From an uncultured Acidobacteriota bacterium (lineage in GTDB: Bacteria; Acidobacteriota; Blastocatellia; RBC074): 64,000 nt of DNA. Positions within the stretch are counted from its first letter, which is position 1. Each line of letters begins with the position of its first letter. The position numbers were made by a program, and so were the translations under genes. The stretch covers positions 1,536,001-1,600,000 of the forward strand of contig CAWCKY010000003.1 in assembly GCA_963796275.1 (NCBI GenBank), written 5' to 3'. The notes beneath the pieces are model-generated. The model saw only the letters and a program-made list of their open reading frames with translations. It ran no database searches and was not told where the DNA came from. Positions 60,142 through 64,000 of this stretch are shown here, piece by piece.

Positions 60142-61194
60142 GTGAAACGGATACTGAATTTATCGTATCAGATCGCAACTTTGGCGTTATCCACCGTTAT
60201 CGCAATTCTCGCGTTGGCCTTGCCAGCGCAAGCCCAAAAAACGGTAACACGCCTTTTCGATGGGAGAACCTTCGCCGGATGGGAAGGCAACCTGAACAAC
60301 TTCCGCATTGAAGGCGGTGCAATCATCGCCGGAACGATGAAAGACAAAATCCCACGCAATGAATTCCTGTGCACGACCAGAGAATACGGCGATTTTGTGC
60401 TGCTCTTGAAATTCAGGTTGCTCGGCGATCCGGCGAAAGCTAATGCGGGAATTCAGTTCCGCAGCCGCCGCATCCCGAATGATCACGAGGTCATTGGATA
60501 TCAGGCCGATCTCGGCCAGAACTACTATGGCGCGCTCTACGACGAATCGCGCAGGAAAAAGGTGCTGGCGGGGCCGAATGCCGAGGATGTGAATAAGCTT
60601 CTGAAGAGAGACGATTGGAACCAGTATGAGATTCACGCCGAGGGCCGGCGCATTCGCCTCGCGATCAATGGTCGCCAAACGGTCGATTACACCGAGCCTG
60701 ACGAGGCGATCGAGCAAAAAGGATGCATATGTCTCCAGATCCATGCGGGACCGCCGAGTGAAGCGTGGTACAAAGATATAGCCATTGAATCAAATTCTGA
60801 GCTATCGCAGGAGAGGTCGCCGAGCCCGGTCGAACAGACGATACTGAAAACCGAGCAGGAATGGGAGGATGCGCTCATTAAGTCAGATGTCGCCGCTCTG
60901 GATCGCATCTACGCGGACGGCTTAATTTACACGCACTCAAATGCTAGCGTGGATGACAAGGCGACTTACATCGGTAACATCAAATCGGGTTTCACAAAAT
61001 ACGAGTCTATGAAACGCGACGATATTAAAGTCCGCGTTTATGATGATACGGCCGTAGTCAATTGCCACTGGCAGGTCAATGTTACCGCTCGTGGCAACAA
61101 AATAATCACCGACGCGAGATATCTCCACGTTTATATTAAACAAAACGGCCGGTGGCGTATGGTTGCCCATCAATCGACTCGGATTGCACAATAA
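60142..61194 (+). CDS. Secreted DUF1080 (3-keto-disaccharide hydrolase-like) domain fused to an NTF2-like DUF4440 domain
   Basis: LFDGRTFAGW, NAGIQFRS, GYQADLG, WNQYEI, LQIHAG; then EQEWEDAL...LIYTHSNA...VYIKQNGRWRMVAHQST. Confidence 0.85.
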   Translation: MKRILNLSYQIATLALSTVIAILALALPAQAQKTVTRLFDGRTFAGWEGNLNNFRIEGGAIIAGTMKDKIPRNEFLCTTREYGDFVLLLKFRLLGDPAKANAGIQFRSRRIPNDHEVIGYQADLGQNYYGALYDESRRKKVLAGPNAEDVNKLLKRDDWNQYEIHAEGRRIRLAINGRQTVDYTEPDEAIEQKGCICLQIHAGPPSEAWYKDIAIESNSELSQERSPSPVEQTILKTEQEWEDALIKSDVAALDRIYADGLIYTHSNASVDDKATYIGNIKSGFTKYESMKRDDIKVRVYDDTAVVNCHWQVNVTARGNKIITDARYLHVYIKQNGRWRMVAHQSTRIAQ

Positions 61195-61256
61195 TGTGCT
61201 CGCGCATAACGTATCGCATTCGCGCTTCTTAACTCTGGCCTCATAATGAAAGTAAT

Positions 61257-61390
61257 GACCGCGTAAACGCAGGAACTCCGAAATGAACTTAAAGCGTGAA
61301 ATCTCAAACGCGATGTTCGGAGTTCCGCCTTCAAGCGGTCAGAAACCTATAGTCGGAAAGTGAAGACCGCGTAAACGCGGAACTCCAAGC
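61257..61390. repeat. REP-like palindrome cluster
   Basis: GACCGCGTAAACGC(A)GGAACTCC occurs twice, with an inverted GGAGTTCCGCCTTCAAGCGGTC between. Confidence 0.7.
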
Positions 61391-61463
61391 GCGGGACCCC
61401 AGGCGATTCTTTTTCCCAGGGCTGCTTGAAGGCGGAGCCGCATGCGATTTCTGCGGAGGTAAC

Positions 61464-63221
61464 ATGAACCCGGAAAAACTCAGAAAATTATCAGTCACCA
61501 TGACGGTCGCCCTTGTCTTACTTGTGTTACCCCTTAAAGGCGAACTGAAGGTAAACGAACAAGCCGAAAAATTACGTATCGCGATCTCTTTTCCCACTGA
61601 GCGGAGTAAGACGCCGCTCGACGGACGCCTGCTGCTGATGATCTCTACTGATGGTTCCAAGGAGCCTCGGCAACAGATCGATAATTCGGCAAAAACGCAG
61701 CAGATATTCGGCATCGATGTGGAGGGTTGGAAGCCGGGTCAGAACGCATTCGTCGAGGAAAGCCTGGGATACCCGGTTAAAAGCATGAATCAAATTCCGC
61801 CCGGCATTTACTGGGTGCAAGCCCTGTTGCACAAATATGAAACCTTTAAGAAGGCTGATGGACATACTGTCAAATTGCCTATGGATCGCGGGGAAGGGCA
61901 ACACTGGAATCTCGCCCCGGGCAATCTTTACAGTAAACCGCGACAGATAACGATAGATCCGAAAAAGGCGGAGACCATAGCGATAACTCTCGATCAGGAG
62001 ATACCGCCTATTAACCCGCCGAAAGATACCAAATACATTAAACATATTAAAATTCAGAGCAAGAAGCTGACGGAGTTTTGGGGGCGGCCGATGTATCTGG
62101 GAGCATGTGTTTTGTTACCGCATGGCTTCGATGAACATCGTGAGGCTCGCTATCCGTTGATGGTATTTCACGGGCATTTTCCCAATACTTTCGGCGGTTT
62201 CCGAGAAAACCCGCCTGACCCGAATCTCGAGCCCGATTACAGCGATCGTTTTAAGCTCAAAGGCTATAACAAAATTCAGCAGGAATATGCTTATAAGTTC
62301 TATCAGGAATGGATCGGCCCGAGTTTTCCGCGGTTTGTGATTATCGAGATTCAACACCCCAATCCTTTCTATGATGACTCATATGCCGTTAATTCTGCCA
62401 ATCTGGGGCCATATGGTGACGCCATCAACTTTGAGCTGATCCCGTATATCGAGGAGAAATTCCGCTGCATCGGCCAGGGCTGGTCGCGGTTTACATATGG
62501 CGGTTCAACGGGAGGGTGGGAAGCTCTGGCGACGCAGATGTTCTATCCCGATATGTATAACGGTTGTTTTGCGGCGTGTCCGGATCCGATAGATTTTCGC
62601 GCTTTCACCGTCGTCAACATCTACGAGGATAAAAATGCCTATTACCTCGATAGCAAATGGAAGCGCACGCCACGGCCGGGGCATCGCGATTATCTCGGCC
62701 ACGTCAGCGCGACGCTCGAAGAGATGAACCATCGCGAACTTGTGCTGGGCACAAAGAGCCGTTCAGGCGACCAGTGGGATATTTGGGAGGCGGTCTATTC
62801 TCCTGTCGGCCCGGACGGTTATCCCAAACGAATATGGAATAAGCTGACCGGAGAGATAGATCGTTCGGTTGCCGAATATTGGCGCGAGCGCTACGATCTC
62901 GGCCACATACTCAAGCGAGATTGGCAGACGCTCGGGCCGAAGCTGCAGGGTAAGATTCACATTTACTGCGGAGATATGGATAACTACTATCTCAATAACG
63001 CGGTTTACTTGGTCGAGGAATTTTTGAAGAACACTACCAATCCATTTTACGGCGGCGAGGTAGATTACGGAGATCGCGCAGAACATTGCTGGAATGGAGA
63101 TCACAACCTGCCGAACCACTTATCGCGGTTGAGATACAATCAGATGTATGTCCCGAAGATACTCGAGCGAATAAAGAAGACCGCTCCGGCGAACGCAGAT
63201 TTGACGAGTTGGAAATATTGA
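61464..63221 (+). CDS. Secreted alpha/beta-hydrolase-fold putative esterase
   Basis: Signal peptide, DSYAVNSANLGPYGDA, GGSTGG nucleophile elbow, YCGDMD, EH. Confidence 0.8.
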   Translation: MNPEKLRKLSVTMTVALVLLVLPLKGELKVNEQAEKLRIAISFPTERSKTPLDGRLLLMISTDGSKEPRQQIDNSAKTQQIFGIDVEGWKPGQNAFVEESLGYPVKSMNQIPPGIYWVQALLHKYETFKKADGHTVKLPMDRGEGQHWNLAPGNLYSKPRQITIDPKKAETIAITLDQEIPPINPPKDTKYIKHIKIQSKKLTEFWGRPMYLGACVLLPHGFDEHREARYPLMVFHGHFPNTFGGFRENPPDPNLEPDYSDRFKLKGYNKIQQEYAYKFYQEWIGPSFPRFVIIEIQHPNPFYDDSYAVNSANLGPYGDAINFELIPYIEEKFRCIGQGWSRFTYGGSTGGWEALATQMFYPDMYNGCFAACPDPIDFRAFTVVNIYEDKNAYYLDSKWKRTPRPGHRDYLGHVSATLEEMNHRELVLGTKSRSGDQWDIWEAVYSPVGPDGYPKRIWNKLTGEIDRSVAEYWRERYDLGHILKRDWQTLGPKLQGKIHIYCGDMDNYYLNNAVYLVEEFLKNTTNPFYGGEVDYGDRAEHCWNGDHNLPNHLSRLRYNQMYVPKILERIKKTAPANADLTSWKY

Positions 63222-63225
63222 AAAA

Positions 63226-63408
63226 GAGTTTTCAGTTTTCAGTTTTCAGTTTTTGTTGATGATCGAAACCGCCCAACTAAAAACTAAAAGTGACTGCTCA
63301 GCCTCTTCGCCGCTAACGCGGCGAAGAGGTTGATCAGTTAATTTCAGGTTTTAGGTTTTAGCTGAGCTGTCTCGATTCGGCAACTGAAAACTGAAAACTG
63401 AAAACTAT
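63226..63408. repeat. Heptamer-repeat inverted structure enclosing a REP-like hairpin
   Basis: (AGTTTTC)n ... CCTCTTCGCCGCTAACGCGGCGAAGAGG ... (GAAAACT)n. Confidence 0.75.
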
Positions 63409-63427
63409 TTTCCGAGGAGCCTCATCA

Positions 63428-64000
63428 TTGATCACATGGACGCAGGACTATAACCCGCTCAACTCATGGCCCCTTTCGACGGCTATTTCAGCATTACCCG
63501 TGATTACGCTGTTTTTCGTTCTCGTCGTGCTCAAGAAACGCGTCTGGGTATCGGCTTTATGCGGAATGCTTATGGCCGTCTTCATCGCTCTGCTGGTATT
63601 TCGGATGCCCGCTTCACTGGTGGGGACGGCTGGACTGCTTGGAGTCATTTTCGGGTTATTTCGCATCGCCTGGATCATCATCGCCTCGATCTTTCTTTAC
63701 AATATTGCCGTTGAAACCGGCCAGTTTCAGGTGATGAAAGAATCTATCGCATCCTTATCGTCGGACAAGCGTTTGCAATTGATCCTTATCGCTTTTTGCT
63801 TCGGGGCGTTTCTCGAAGGGACGGGCGGGGGAGGGGCGCCCGTCGCAATTGCCGGTGCATTTCTGATCGGCCTGGGCTTCCCGCCGTTTCAGGCGGCAAC
63901 CCTGTGTTTAGTGGCGAATACGGCTCCGGTGGCCTGGGGAGGCGTCGGCAATCCCATTCGTGTGCTGTCCGGCGTTACCGGGCTCCCTGAGATGACTTTG
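63428..64000 (+). CDS. lctP: L-lactate permease family transporter (3'-truncated by window; absent from ORF track)
   Basis: TTG 63428 after GAGGAG: LITWTQDYNPLNSWPLSTAISALP...IFLYNIAVETGQF...DKRLQLILIAFCFGAFLEG...ANTAPVAWG. Confidence 0.9.
   Translation, partial: MITWTQDYNPLNSWPLSTAISALPVITLFFVLVVLKKRVWVSALCGMLMAVFIALLVFRMPASLVGTAGLLGVIFGLFRIAWIIIASIFLYNIAVETGQFQVMKESIASLSSDKRLQLILIAFCFGAFLEGTGGGGAPVAIAGAFLIGLGFPPFQAATLCLVANTAPVAWGGVGNPIRVLSGVTGLPEMTL

Noticed and set aside
63226-63408. Repeat arrays here and at 51075, 54603 and 57658 as CRISPR arrays
   Set aside because: Units are 7-15 bp tandem repeats with no unique spacers.

Overview
Bacterial chromosomal window. The gene repertoire (Oar-like TonB-dependent receptors, signal-peptide TPR-CHAT proteins, b'/b-type split atp operon) suggests Acidobacteriota, which is an inference. 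1-12.5 kb (minus strand) holds an envelope-signalling locus: anti-sigma-like gene, a CHAT caspase-like protease with a SPOR peptidoglycan-binding domain inserted between its catalytic His and Cys, a second TPR-CHAT protease, an ECF sigma factor, a zinc-finger anti-sigma factor and a DUF4394 protein. Three or four copies of a candidate cognate promoter TGAAA-N16-TRCAC tie it together. Then come tRNA-Pro, housekeeping genes interspersed with REP-like palindromes, a DsbB/DsbA pair, a ~2,250-aa TamB-POTRA-Omp85 fusion (one frameshift near its 5' end) and selB. Three TonB-dependent receptor genes each carry a sigma54 -24/-12 promoter and a shared TCCA-N6-TGGA site 87-89 bp upstream. A decayed IS66-family element has an unusual convergent gene layout. 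The rest is a partial ATP synthase operon (b', b, delta, alpha, gamma), patatin, a rare tRNA-Arg(UCG), a sugar kinase-murQ-lysA-like cluster, secreted hydrolases and a partial lactate permease. No CRISPR array or rRNA was seen. All domain calls are by eye from motifs; no database search was run.
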